Of a stretch of DNA of 64,000 bases, positions 36,847 to 46,533 are shown piece by piece. Source of the stretch: an uncultured virus (IMG/VR IMGVR_UViG_3300006137_000106) (lineage: Duplodnaviria; Heunggongvirae; Uroviricota; Caudoviricetes); IMG/VR virus record IMGVR_UViG_3300006137_000106; one strand, given 5' to 3'. Each line of letters starts with the position of its first letter. Position 1 is the stretch's first letter. The notes under the pieces were generated by a model. It was not told where the DNA came from. It made no database searches and saw only the letters and a list, made by a program, of their open reading frames with translations. A program made the position numbers and the translations under genes.

Positions 36847-37653
36847 ATGTATGACGTGAAAGAAATTTCTAAACAGCCTATTATGGAATGGAAAGGGCAG
36901 ACAGTCATAACTACAGCGCAATTGGCAGAAGTTTATGGAACAACGGCAAAGAATGTTACGCATAATTTCAGCAGAAACAAAGACAGATTTGAAGAGGGAA
37001 AGCATTTCTTCGCCTTACAGGGCAAGGAATTAAAGGAGTTTATGAGGGTGGTGCCTGAAAGTAACCTGCCTCAATCCACCTCAATAGCATACCTCTGGAC
37101 ACGCCGAGGAGCCAGCCGCCATTGTAAGATTTTAGGTACAGACAAGGCGTGGGAGCAATTTGACTATTTGGAAGAAAACTATTTTGACCGGCAGGGTGCC
37201 GCCGCTCCCCAGCTTCCCACGGACCCCATGAAGCTTTTGGAACTCCACTATCAGGCGTTAAAACAGGTAGATGGCAAAGTAAGCGCCTTGTCAAACGATT
37301 TATGCACAGTCCGTAAGGATTTGGAGGATTTTAAGAACGATATGCCAATCCTTGGCATAGAGGAATCAAAAATCACAAGCGCGGTTAAAAGAAAAGGTGT
37401 ACAATGTCTTGGTGGCAAGGAATCTAACGCATATCAAGATAGGAGCCTTAGAGGAAAGCTTTACGCTGATTTGTATGGGCAGTTATATCGGAATTTTGGC
37501 GTGAAGTCATATCTGGCAATCAAGCGAAATCAGACTGAAACAGCGATAACAATTATACAAGGTTACACGCCGCCGCTTGTACTGGCAGAGACAATTGAAA
37601 CTGTAAACGCACAGTTGATGTTTTCGAATATGGAAGACCAAGACACGCTTTGA
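36847..37653 (+). CDS. ORF6N + ORF6C domain antirepressor-like protein
   Basis: VITTAQLAEVYGT....NFSRNKDRFEEGKHFF.L.G.ELKEF, LWTRRGASRHCKILGTDKAW; C-terminal LGGKESNAY..FGVKSY. Confidence 0.9.
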   Translation: MYDVKEISKQPIMEWKGQTVITTAQLAEVYGTTAKNVTHNFSRNKDRFEEGKHFFALQGKELKEFMRVVPESNLPQSTSIAYLWTRRGASRHCKILGTDKAWEQFDYLEENYFDRQGAAAPQLPTDPMKLLELHYQALKQVDGKVSALSNDLCTVRKDLEDFKNDMPILGIEESKITSAVKRKGVQCLGGKESNAYQDRSLRGKLYADLYGQLYRNFGVKSYLAIKRNQTETAITIIQGYTPPLVLAETIETVNAQLMFSNMEDQDTL

Positions 37654-37672
37654 TTGGAAAGGAGATATTGCT

Positions 37673-38212
37673 ATGGTAGTTAAAAGAGTCACCCCAAAAG
37701 AGCTTCCAACAGGTTTAACGTTTATTCTGAAGAACCTGTACCATGCTGATTTAAGCAACTTTGTTGCAATGGCTGATGTAAACAAGGCGACACTGTTTGT
37801 TAATAAAACGGTACCGCAAAAGGATATTGATGGGTTCTTAGAAGTGATAACCTTCCCTAATTATTGGGTAGCTGACGAAGAATCTGGCAAAGGACAGTTC
37901 CTTGAGCATGTGTATAGAGAGTATGGCGAACATACATACAGAGCATTGCTTGATGCGCATACACGGCAGATGGAGCAGAAAGAAAAGCGGCAGGCAGCAG
38001 AGACCGCAAAGAAGATAATTCCGCTAATTGAGAAGGTAATAAGCAGTGAAAACCCTGCTGTTGGATATAATGAGTGGCTTGCTCATGAAATTTGGAATGC
38101 AGGTTATGGGCTTAACAGGAGAACACCTCAAAATGTTTCCAATTATGGCAGCATGTATGAGTTTTATTTTGGGTATCTGTTAGGTGCTGGTATGTTGAAA
38201 GGGGGTATTTAG
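37673..38212 (+). CDS. Hypothetical protein
   Basis: AAGGAG RBS, co-oriented. Confidence 0.65.
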   Translation: MVVKRVTPKELPTGLTFILKNLYHADLSNFVAMADVNKATLFVNKTVPQKDIDGFLEVITFPNYWVADEESGKGQFLEHVYREYGEHTYRALLDAHTRQMEQKEKRQAAETAKKIIPLIEKVISSENPAVGYNEWLAHEIWNAGYGLNRRTPQNVSNYGSMYEFYFGYLLGAGMLKGGI

Positions 38213-38213
38213 T

Positions 38214-38447
38214 ATGGAAGCGTTAAAAGATTTATACAGTATCTATGTAAATTATTACAGGGCAGAGGATTCCAAGGAGGCAATCGCCGCAAGGGAAAAA
38301 GCAGAGAAGTATTTTGGAGAGAATTATAGTGATGATATTGAGGATATTATCGCCGAAGTATCGTATAGTTCAAATGAACAGGGATTTATAGAGGGATTCC
38401 GCTACGCAGCTTCGCTTTTTGCAGGAGGAAAGGCGGTGTCACCATGA
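38214..38447 (+). CDS. Hypothetical protein
   Basis: EQGFIEGFRYAASL motif, coupled to the previous gene. Confidence 0.65.
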   Translation: MEALKDLYSIYVNYYRAEDSKEAIAAREKAEKYFGENYSDDIEDIIAEVSYSSNEQGFIEGFRYAASLFAGGKAVSP

Positions 38448-38564
38448 AAGATGAACGTAAATTCAAAGAGGTTATTCATATCATAAAGGGTGCAGAACGT
38501 GACAGGGACAAGTTTTGCAAGACGGCGAGGATTAGGCTTGATTAATAAATTTCTACGAGAAAAA

Positions 38565-38611
38565 CGGTAGAAAAAGAGTAGGTTGCAAGTAGAAAACATT
38601 TAGTGTAAAAT
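38565..38611 (+). promoter_or_regulatory. Probable late promoter upstream of terS
   Basis: TTGCAA-17-TAAAAT with GTAGAAAA direct repeats. Confidence 0.5.
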
Positions 38612-38701
38612 GTTAAAGTAAGGAATCAAAGGATTGCGAAAGAGAGACTTGTATAGGTCTCTCTTTTTATGTATAAAGAGATAAAAGGAAGGTGGGGGTG
38701 A

Positions 38702-39535
38702 GTGTCACAAAGAGCTGACGAGAGGATTGAAAAGGCAAGGCAGATGTATCTTGCTGGATTAAAATTAATTGACATCGCAAAAGAACTTGGTGTTCCGGAA
38801 GGAACTGTTAGGAGCTGGAAAAATAGAAATAAATGGGGTTGCAACGTTGCGAAAGAAACATGCAACGTTGCAAAAAAAGCAAAGAAAGTTGTTGCAGATG
38901 AAGTGGGAAATGAGGCAGAAAACAAAACTCTTACAGATAAGCAACAACTTTTTTGTATTTATTATATACGTTGTTTTAATGCAACAAAGGCATATCAGAA
39001 AGCTTATAACTGCGAATATAACTCCGCAATGTGTAATGGAAGTAGATTACTGAGGAATGATAAGGTCAAGGAGGAGATACAAAGACTAAAGGAAGAGAAT
39101 CTTAACAGGAAATTTTTAAGCGAGGCTGACATTTTTCAAAAATATATGGATATAGCGTTTGCTGATATTACTGATTACTTGGAATTTGGTACAGAAGAGA
39201 TTCCGGTGGTCTCTATGAACGGACCAGTTAAAATAATTGATTCAGATACAGGGGAAGAAAAGCAGCTAATAAAGAGTATGAACAGAGTTAGGTTTAAGGA
39301 CAGCTCACAATTAGATGGCACGATACTGTCAGAAGTAAAACAAGGAAAAGATGGTGCGAGTATAAAACTTGCTGACAGAATGAAAGCATTACAATGGCTG
39401 TCTGAACACATGGATATGGCAACTACAGCGCAAAAGATACAGATGGAAAAGCTAAAAGAAAATAAGAATGATTTGATAGACAATAAAGCGGAAGTGCATG
39501 TGTACTTTCCTGATAATGGGAGGAACAATGCGTGA
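38702..39535 (+). CDS. terS: Terminase small subunit
   Basis: N-terminal HTH (LIDIAKELGVPEGTVRSWKNRNKW), LTDKQQLFCIYY..FNATKAYQKAY, KLADRMKAL. Confidence 0.9.
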   Translation: MSQRADERIEKARQMYLAGLKLIDIAKELGVPEGTVRSWKNRNKWGCNVAKETCNVAKKAKKVVADEVGNEAENKTLTDKQQLFCIYYIRCFNATKAYQKAYNCEYNSAMCNGSRLLRNDKVKEEIQRLKEENLNRKFLSEADIFQKYMDIAFADITDYLEFGTEEIPVVSMNGPVKIIDSDTGEEKQLIKSMNRVRFKDSSQLDGTILSEVKQGKDGASIKLADRMKALQWLSEHMDMATTAQKIQMEKLKENKNDLIDNKAEVHVYFPDNGRNNA

Positions 39536-40980
39536 AGGAAAAATTAGTGCTTGCACCGCAGAAAGGTCCACAGGAGATGTTTCTTGCATCATCTGCGGAT
39601 ATTTGTATTTACGGCGGCGCAGCAGGAGGAGGCAAAACATATGCCTTACTTCTTGAAGCAATACGCCATATGAATAATTCAGATTTTAATGCGCTCATTT
39701 TCCGTAAAGAGTATACACAAATCACGTCTCCAGGTGGATTGTGGGATTCATCAAGACATATTTACAGTTGGATACAGGGAGCACAACCTGTTAAGACCCC
39801 TAAATTACATTGGTGTTTTAGAAGCGGTGCAACAGTTAGCTTTGCCCACCTTGGGCGTGATGAGGATTGTGAAGGGTGGCAGGGAGCGCAGATTGCCCTG
39901 ATAGGCTTTGATGAACTAACCCACTTTTCGGAGTGGCAGTTCTTTTATATGTTATCTAGAAACCGAACCATAAGTGGTGTAAAACCATATGTGCGAGCAA
40001 CTTGTAATCCAGATGCTGACAGTTGGGTAGCGACATTCATTGAGTGGTGGATAGATCAGGATACTGGTTATCCGATAAAAGAGCGTTCTGGAAAAATTCG
40101 TTGGATGATACGAATAAATGAAGTTATCCATTGGGTTGATTCTAAAGAAGCAGCAATACAGCTTGCTATGGAAAATGATATAGCAAGACAGGAAGCTGAG
40201 ACAATGCCTAAAAGTGTAACATTTATAGCAAGTACATTGCAGGACAATAAAATCCTAATGAAGATGGACCCAGGGTATCTTGCAAATCTAAAAGCCCTGC
40301 CCCTTGTAGAGAGGGAAAGGCTGTTATATGGCAACTGGAAGATTAAAGCTGCTGCCGGTTTAATGTTTAAGAGGACTCAGGTAAATATAGTAAGTGAAAT
40401 TCCAAATGATGTCATATTGTGGTGCAGGGGCTGGGACCTTGCGGCAACTTCAGAAGATGAGAAAGGCAATCCAGCATATACGGCTGGTGTGCTTATCGGA
40501 AAGCGAAGTTGTGGAAGGTACATTGTGGCAGATGTTATCAATAGGCGCCTGTCAGCTTCAGATGTTAGAAAGTTGGTGCTTATGACAGCACAGGCAGACA
40601 GGGCAGCATACGGCAGAGTAGTCCAAAGATTGCCACAAGACCCTGGGCAGGCAGGGAAAGAGCAGGCACAAAGTTATATGAAACTGTTATCAGGATTTGT
40701 TGTGAAGATAATGCCGGAATCTGGAGACAAAGTAACAAGGGCGGAGCCTTTTTCTGCAATGTGGCAGGGTACTGAAACAATGGATACAGGATTTGTTGAT
40801 ATTTTGATTGCACCGTGGAACAGTGAGTTTTTTAATCAATATGAGTCGTTCCCACAGTCAGATTTTAAGGATATGGTAGACGCTGGAGCAAACGCTTTCA
40901 ACCAAATAGAAAGCGGTATGACTTATTCAGTGCCACCTTCAGGCAGCAGTTTAGGAAAGGATAGTTATTGGAGAAAGTGA
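39532..40980 (+). CDS. terL: Terminase large subunit
   Basis: GGAAGGGKT Walker A, IGFDELTHF Walker B, ATCNP, WDLAA, DMVDA. Confidence 0.95.
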   Translation: MKEKLVLAPQKGPQEMFLASSADICIYGGAAGGGKTYALLLEAIRHMNNSDFNALIFRKEYTQITSPGGLWDSSRHIYSWIQGAQPVKTPKLHWCFRSGATVSFAHLGRDEDCEGWQGAQIALIGFDELTHFSEWQFFYMLSRNRTISGVKPYVRATCNPDADSWVATFIEWWIDQDTGYPIKERSGKIRWMIRINEVIHWVDSKEAAIQLAMENDIARQEAETMPKSVTFIASTLQDNKILMKMDPGYLANLKALPLVERERLLYGNWKIKAAAGLMFKRTQVNIVSEIPNDVILWCRGWDLAATSEDEKGNPAYTAGVLIGKRSCGRYIVADVINRRLSASDVRKLVLMTAQADRAAYGRVVQRLPQDPGQAGKEQAQSYMKLLSGFVVKIMPESGDKVTRAEPFSAMWQGTETMDTGFVDILIAPWNSEFFNQYESFPQSDFKDMVDAGANAFNQIESGMTYSVPPSGSSLGKDSYWRK

Positions 40981-40991
40981 GGTGAGAAGAA

Positions 40992-42476
40992 ATGGCTGGA
41001 AACAAAGAAATTGGGCGCATAGGGCAGCGGCGATACGGAGGAACTATTTATGAAGAGTTTCTACTAGAGCTGAGAGGACACAGAGGGATAGCAGCTTACA
41101 CAGAAATGTCAGAGAACGATGATATAGTAGGCGCTATCCTTTTTGCAATCGAAATGCTGGTAAGGCAGTGTAACTGGAATGTGGAGCCTGGCGGAGATAC
41201 AGCAAAAGATAAAGAAGCAGCTGAATTTGTAGAAAGCTGCATGAATGATATGCAGGATACATGGATAGATACCATCTCTGAAATTCTGTCTTTTCTCACT
41301 TATGGCTGGAGCTACCATGAGATTGTGTATAAACGCCGCATGGGAAATACAAAAGACCCACGGACAAAGAGCAAATACAATGATGGTCTGATTGGCTGGA
41401 GGAAGCTGCCAATCAGAGCGCAGGAAACGCTCTATCAGTGGGAATATGACAACGAGGATAACTTGCTTGGCATGACACAAATGCCGCCTCCTGACTTTGG
41501 CACCTTTACAATCCCCATTGAGAAGGCACTATTATTTCGCACAAAGTCAAGAAAGAATAATCCAGAAGGTCGGAGCATTTTGAGGAACGCCTATCGTTCA
41601 TGGTATTTCAAGCGCCGTATACAGGAGATTGAGGGAATTGGAATTGAAAGAGATTTGGCTGGTCTTCCGGTTATTTATGGACCAGAAAATTTTGATATAT
41701 GGGACAATCAGAATCCGCAGACTGTTGAAGCACGTTCGGGACTTGAAGCAATGGTTAGAAGCATTCGCAGAGATGAAATGGAAGGTGTAGTTCTTCCGGC
41801 TGGTTATAAGTTAGAATTGCTTAGTTCTGGTGGAACTAGGCAGTTTGATACCAATGCAATTATTAATCGTTATGATACCAGAATCGCCATGACAGTATTG
41901 GCGGATTTTATTTTTTTAGGGCATGACCAGACAGGGAGCTGGGCATTGAGTTCTGATAAAACAGAGCTGTTTGCCGTTGCCATAGGCGCATTTTTGGATA
42001 TTATTTGTGAGACGTTTAACAGCCAGGGCATACCATCATTAATAGATATTAACGGTCAACACTTTGCAGGAATTACAGAATATCCGAAAATGACGCATGG
42101 TGATATTGAAGATGCTGACATTACGAAAGTGGCATCGTTTATAAAAGATATGACTGGAATCGGTGTTTTGATACCAGATGATAGTTTAGAAGATTATATC
42201 CGACAGGTAGGGCATCTTCCAGGCAGGGTTTATTCTAATACCAGAGAGCTTGACCATACTCGCCAAAAGCAGCAGGAGCAGAACCAGCCTCCTGAACCAG
42301 AAACAGCCACGGGTGAGGAAGCTGACAAGGAAGTGGAAGAAATTCCAGATAAAAAAGCAGAGGAGGCTAAAAAAAGATTAGGAAGGAGTGCTGCCAATGG
42401 CAATAAGAATTATGCCAGCCAGACGGGTACGGAAAGTAAAGACCAAAAACAGCCAAGAGGTCCTACAAAGGCTTGA
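40992..42476 (+). CDS. Portal protein (DUF935/Mu gp29-like)
   Basis: Follows TerL; NPEGRSILRNAYRSW.FK, IGIERDLAGLP. Confidence 0.85.
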   Translation: MAGNKEIGRIGQRRYGGTIYEEFLLELRGHRGIAAYTEMSENDDIVGAILFAIEMLVRQCNWNVEPGGDTAKDKEAAEFVESCMNDMQDTWIDTISEILSFLTYGWSYHEIVYKRRMGNTKDPRTKSKYNDGLIGWRKLPIRAQETLYQWEYDNEDNLLGMTQMPPPDFGTFTIPIEKALLFRTKSRKNNPEGRSILRNAYRSWYFKRRIQEIEGIGIERDLAGLPVIYGPENFDIWDNQNPQTVEARSGLEAMVRSIRRDEMEGVVLPAGYKLELLSSGGTRQFDTNAIINRYDTRIAMTVLADFIFLGHDQTGSWALSSDKTELFAVAIGAFLDIICETFNSQGIPSLIDINGQHFAGITEYPKMTHGDIEDADITKVASFIKDMTGIGVLIPDDSLEDYIRQVGHLPGRVYSNTRELDHTRQKQQEQNQPPEPETATGEEADKEVEEIPDKKAEEAKKRLGRSAANGNKNYASQTGTESKDQKQPRGPTKA

Positions 42477-43974
42477 AGAGTACCTGGAAAGCGAGTGTGA
42501 TGATCCAGTTGAAATCTTATGTGGATTTTGGAAGGACCAACAGGACGCAATCACTTATCAAGAACTTAGGCAGACGGTACTTGAGGGCGTTCTTACTACA
42601 GAAGCATTGGAACTGTGGCAGCAGGATTACTCCATCTTAATAACTAATAGGCTGAACAGTATGTGGACAAAAGCAATAGAGGCGGGAGTAAAGGGGCAGC
42701 CAATTCTTGACAATCTTGCCTTTGAGTTTAATACACAGACACCAGGTTTATTAAAGTGGATTAATGAACGTGGTGCACAGCTTGTAACAGCCTGTACCCA
42801 GGAACAGAAAGAGGCTATTGCTGCACTTCTTACGAAGAAAATGAGAGAGCAGCATACAGTTGATGAACTTTCTAGGTTTATTCGTCCCTGTATTGGCTTG
42901 ACAAAAGGAGATGCCAAGGCAGTAGCCAAGCTTTATGACAGTATTATAGAAAATCTAAAAAAAGAGCACCCACGGATGAAACCCGAAAGTATGCAGAGAA
43001 AAGCGCTAGATGCTGCTTGCAAATATGCAGAGAGAAAACACCGTCAAAGAGCTATGACAATTGCACGGACAGAAAGTGCTTTTGCATATAACAGGGGAGC
43101 AGATGCAGGAGTGCGGCAGGCACAGGAACAAGGGTATCTTGGAACAGTAAAAAAAAGGTGGAGCACATCAGGAGATGACAGGGTGTGCAGTATATGTCAG
43201 GCGTTAGAAGGCATGGAAATTGAAATGGAAAAAGGATTTCCATTTAAGGGCAGAATGCTTTTCCCAGGGCAGGACCTTTTACCACCAGCACACCCAAATT
43301 GTGGCTGCGCTGTGGAATATATAGAGGTGGAGAATTATAGAGAAATAATAGAAAGCCCTATGAGAACAGGAGATGAATGGATAGATGCTTCAATAGATGA
43401 TTATGATAGTAGTCTTGTTAGTACAAATGGTGATGAAGCTATGAGTACGAGATTGCTTATGAGCCATGATGAGGTGAAATATGAAAAGAATGAAGCAATG
43501 AAAGAGGCGTTTGCATATGATAATGGCAGGGATATAATTCAATACAATCCAAATGCAAAAAATGCAAATAATTATGATATGGGATTTGTGTTAACACATG
43601 AAAATGCTCATAGAGTAGATTTCCTTTTTCTTCATTCGTGGAAAAATGAGCATTTTTTATATGCGATAAACGATCTAGAATCATTGATAATGTCTAATCT
43701 ATCTGCAATGGATAAACTCTTGCAGAATGATGAATATCGTAATAGTTTTGCTTTCAATGATTTAATTAGTTCATTGACAAAAGGGAAGGCAAATGATATG
43801 CTTTTTATAGGGCACACCCCTGAATATTTATCTAATGAACGCAAACGTGTAATGGAAATTTTTGCAGATATTACATGTATTGATATGAGTGATTCTGTGA
43901 TTAGAAAAGAATTTGATGGAATGTTAAAAGACTTATATGAGGCATATAAGGAGGTTGTTTCGTGGAAAACATAG
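42397..43974 (+). CDS. MuF/gp7-like head morphogenesis protein with a C-terminal HExxH metallopeptidase-like extension
   Basis: RAMTIARTE, K.W.TSGDDRVC.IC..LEG, PPAHPNCGC; then THENAHRVD...EIFA. Confidence 0.85.
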   Translation: MAIRIMPARRVRKVKTKNSQEVLQRLEEYLESECDDPVEILCGFWKDQQDAITYQELRQTVLEGVLTTEALELWQQDYSILITNRLNSMWTKAIEAGVKGQPILDNLAFEFNTQTPGLLKWINERGAQLVTACTQEQKEAIAALLTKKMREQHTVDELSRFIRPCIGLTKGDAKAVAKLYDSIIENLKKEHPRMKPESMQRKALDAACKYAERKHRQRAMTIARTESAFAYNRGADAGVRQAQEQGYLGTVKKRWSTSGDDRVCSICQALEGMEIEMEKGFPFKGRMLFPGQDLLPPAHPNCGCAVEYIEVENYREIIESPMRTGDEWIDASIDDYDSSLVSTNGDEAMSTRLLMSHDEVKYEKNEAMKEAFAYDNGRDIIQYNPNAKNANNYDMGFVLTHENAHRVDFLFLHSWKNEHFLYAINDLESLIMSNLSAMDKLLQNDEYRNSFAFNDLISSLTKGKANDMLFIGHTPEYLSNERKRVMEIFADITCIDMSDSVIRKEFDGMLKDLYEAYKEVVSWKT

Positions 43975-44144
43975 TACAGTATTTACGAACAGATGAGGAG
44001 CTTTTGGAGATGAAAAAAGAATGGAAAGAGCTAGATATAGGAAAACCGTTTCCTCTATTCCATTTTGAAACATACCTTGGCATCGAAGATTACAAAAAAA
44101 GAGTCAAAAAACAATTAGATAATTATAAAAAGCAGAAAAAATAA
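43962..44144 (+). CDS. Small protein overlapping the MuF end (immunity candidate)
   Basis: AGGAGG RBS, overlap with MuF, terminator at 44144-44170. Confidence 0.6.
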   Translation: MENIVQYLRTDEELLEMKKEWKELDIGKPFPLFHFETYLGIEDYKKRVKKQLDNYKKQKK

Positions 44145-44226
44145 AGGACTTGGAAACAGGTTCTTTTTTTATGCTTATGTCTTTAAAGTTAGCTGTAATA
44201 AAGAATAAAGCAGGAAGGAAAAGAAA

Positions 44227-44679
44227 GTGAAAAAATTCTCTGAACTGATTGAAAAACGGAATAATGTCATAAAGGGACATTTCAGAATAGCAAAGTCCGA
44301 TGATGAAAAGATGCTTGCTTTTGGCTGGGCGAATGTGTCTATGAGGGTTGGCGGAGAACTGATTGAGGACTGGCAGGGTGATATTATTGAACCGGAAGAG
44401 CTGGAGGCAGCAGCGTATGAGTATGTCAGGCTGTATGGTGACGGTGGAGAGATGCACGAGCGGGGCGGTGTTGCTGTATTAATAGAAAGTGTTGTATTCA
44501 CAGAGGATAAAATGGCAGCAATGGGTATTCCAGCAGGAACGCTGCCAGTTGGCTGGTGGATCGGTTTTAAGGTAACTGACAAAGATGTGTGGGAGAAAAT
44601 CAAGAATGGTACATATTCCATGCTGAGTATTGAAGGTGAAGCGGAAAGAGTACAGGCAGAAAACGAAAATGCCTTGTAA
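44227..44679 (+). CDS. XkdF-like putative prohead serine protease
   Basis: FGWA, D.QGDII...ELE.AAYEY, GEMH, GWWIGFKV.D..VWEKIK.G.Y...SIEG. Confidence 0.85.
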   Translation: MKKFSELIEKRNNVIKGHFRIAKSDDEKMLAFGWANVSMRVGGELIEDWQGDIIEPEELEAAAYEYVRLYGDGGEMHERGGVAVLIESVVFTEDKMAAMGIPAGTLPVGWWIGFKVTDKDVWEKIKNGTYSMLSIEGEAERVQAENENAL

Positions 44680-44830
44680 AATGGGAGTATTGCGATTTTC
44701 AGATCATTCAACCTAAAATTTTACCTATGGAACTTTAAAAGGGCGTAGGCAGTACATATTTTCATGGCAAAAAGGCATTCGACAACGAGTGCCTTTTATT
44801 TTATAAAATCTGAAGAAAGGAGACAAGAAA

Positions 44831-46075
44831 GTGGCAACAAAGCTAAAAAATCTTAAAATCAAAAAGGTAGATTTTGTAGATGAAGGGGCAAATCCTGATG
44901 CTGACATTAAAATGAGGAAGAAAAAAGACAGGGAAGAACCGAAAAATTCTAGCAGCATACTTAAAAAGTTGTTTGGCTTTATTGGAAAAGCGGCTGGTAT
45001 GGACCCAGGGGAAATTGACAGTGCATTGGCTGAAATACAGAAGGATAATTCTGTAAGTTTTAATGAGAAAATGAATGAAGTCAATGATCGAAAGATATCT
45101 GATGAAATGTGGGATATTTGTTATGCATTGCAGTCTGCTCTATGCTCGATTTTGAATGATGAAGAGATAGACAGCACTAATACAGCAACAGCAATGCAGG
45201 AGAGCCTTGATGAATTTTATGCAGTAGTGCAGGAATCAATTAAGAAGTGGTCCAATGGTAAGGCAGCCAGTATTGTAAAGAAGAATGAAGAGGTATCAGA
45301 GGCGGATTTGGAGATTATGAAAGCAGCGGTGGAAAGACTGAATGAATCAATTAAAAAAGCCAGTGAAGATGCTGAATCAGAAGAAAATGAAACAGACAAT
45401 AATGAAAACCCGAAAGGAGACAGAGAGGAAATGAAGATTGATAAGAGTAAAATGACAGATGCGGAGAGAGCTTTTTTAGAAAGTATTGAAAAGCGTTATG
45501 GTGTGGAGGAGCAGTCTGCAAGTAATACTTCTGCGATGGTACCGCCTGTTGTATCGGTATTGCCTTTTGTAGAGAAGTCTGCAACACTGTCTGAGGCAAC
45601 TGCTCAAACACAGCTTGAGGTATCAACATCACAGCCAGATAACGATGAGAGTATCTATAAGGGATTACACCCAGCAGTCAAAGCGGAGTTAGAAGACCTA
45701 AAGAAGTTCCGAGAAGCAGCAGAGGAGAGAGAACTGAGTCAGGTTGCAAAGAAGTATGAAATTATTGGTAAGAAACCAGAAGAACTGCTGCCTTTATTCA
45801 AAAGTCTTAGAGCTGCGGGAGGTACTGCATACAATGATATGATTGCTGTATTGGACCAGGCGGTATCCACGGTAGAAAAGTCTGGTGTATTTTCTGAAAT
45901 AGGAAAGTCTGGTCACGGTTCTAACACAGTGGGAGCAGTTGAAGCAAAAGTTGAAGCAATTGCCAAAGGATATATGGAGAAAGATTCTTCTCTGGATTAT
46001 GCTTCTGCAATGGCGAAAGCATGGGAGGACAATCCAGAGTTAATGGAGGAATACGAAGTTGAGGCAGGATTTTAA
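44831..46075 (+). CDS. Probable capsid scaffold/assembly protein
   Basis: LKIKKVDFVDEGANP N-terminus, acidic coiled coil, position. Confidence 0.6.
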   Translation: MATKLKNLKIKKVDFVDEGANPDADIKMRKKKDREEPKNSSSILKKLFGFIGKAAGMDPGEIDSALAEIQKDNSVSFNEKMNEVNDRKISDEMWDICYALQSALCSILNDEEIDSTNTATAMQESLDEFYAVVQESIKKWSNGKAASIVKKNEEVSEADLEIMKAAVERLNESIKKASEDAESEENETDNNENPKGDREEMKIDKSKMTDAERAFLESIEKRYGVEEQSASNTSAMVPPVVSVLPFVEKSATLSEATAQTQLEVSTSQPDNDESIYKGLHPAVKAELEDLKKFREAAEERELSQVAKKYEIIGKKPEELLPLFKSLRAAGGTAYNDMIAVLDQAVSTVEKSGVFSEIGKSGHGSNTVGAVEAKVEAIAKGYMEKDSSLDYASAMAKAWEDNPELMEEYEVEAGF

Positions 46076-46092
46076 GGAAGGAGAAAAAGAAA

Positions 46093-46515
46093 GTGGTAAA
46101 CAGAAATTTTAATGGAGCACAGATTAACCAGAGTGTTACGATTGTGGAGCAAGCTGGTACCGAGATTTCAGATGCAAGAAATCGAATTGTGACATACGAT
46201 AAAGAAGGAAAAGTTATTTTAGCGACAGATGGCTCTACAGTTCTGGTAGGAATTGCGCTAATTGAGTCTGGAATGAATGATATTTCTGGTGTAGAGTCTG
46301 GCAAAGTAAATATTGGTGATGATGTCGATATCCAGATTAAGGATATTGGCTACATTTTAGCTGGTGGTGATATTGCCAAAGGTGATGAAGTCACAGCGTC
46401 TAATGGATTGGCTGTTAAGGCAGAGTCCGGCAGCCATATAGTGGGTATTGCACTTTCATCAGTAACAAAAGATGAATACTGTAGAGTGCAGATATCCAAG
46501 TATCAAAAGGCTTAG
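46093..46515 (+). CDS. Capsid decoration/cement protein (DUF2190-like)
   Basis: Size; AGGDIAKGDEVT..NG.AV, VGIAL; precedes the capsid gene. Confidence 0.7.
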   Translation: MVNRNFNGAQINQSVTIVEQAGTEISDARNRIVTYDKEGKVILATDGSTVLVGIALIESGMNDISGVESGKVNIGDDVDIQIKDIGYILAGGDIAKGDEVTASNGLAVKAESGSHIVGIALSSVTKDEYCRVQISKYQKA

Positions 46516-46533
46516 AATAGGAGGAAAACAAAA

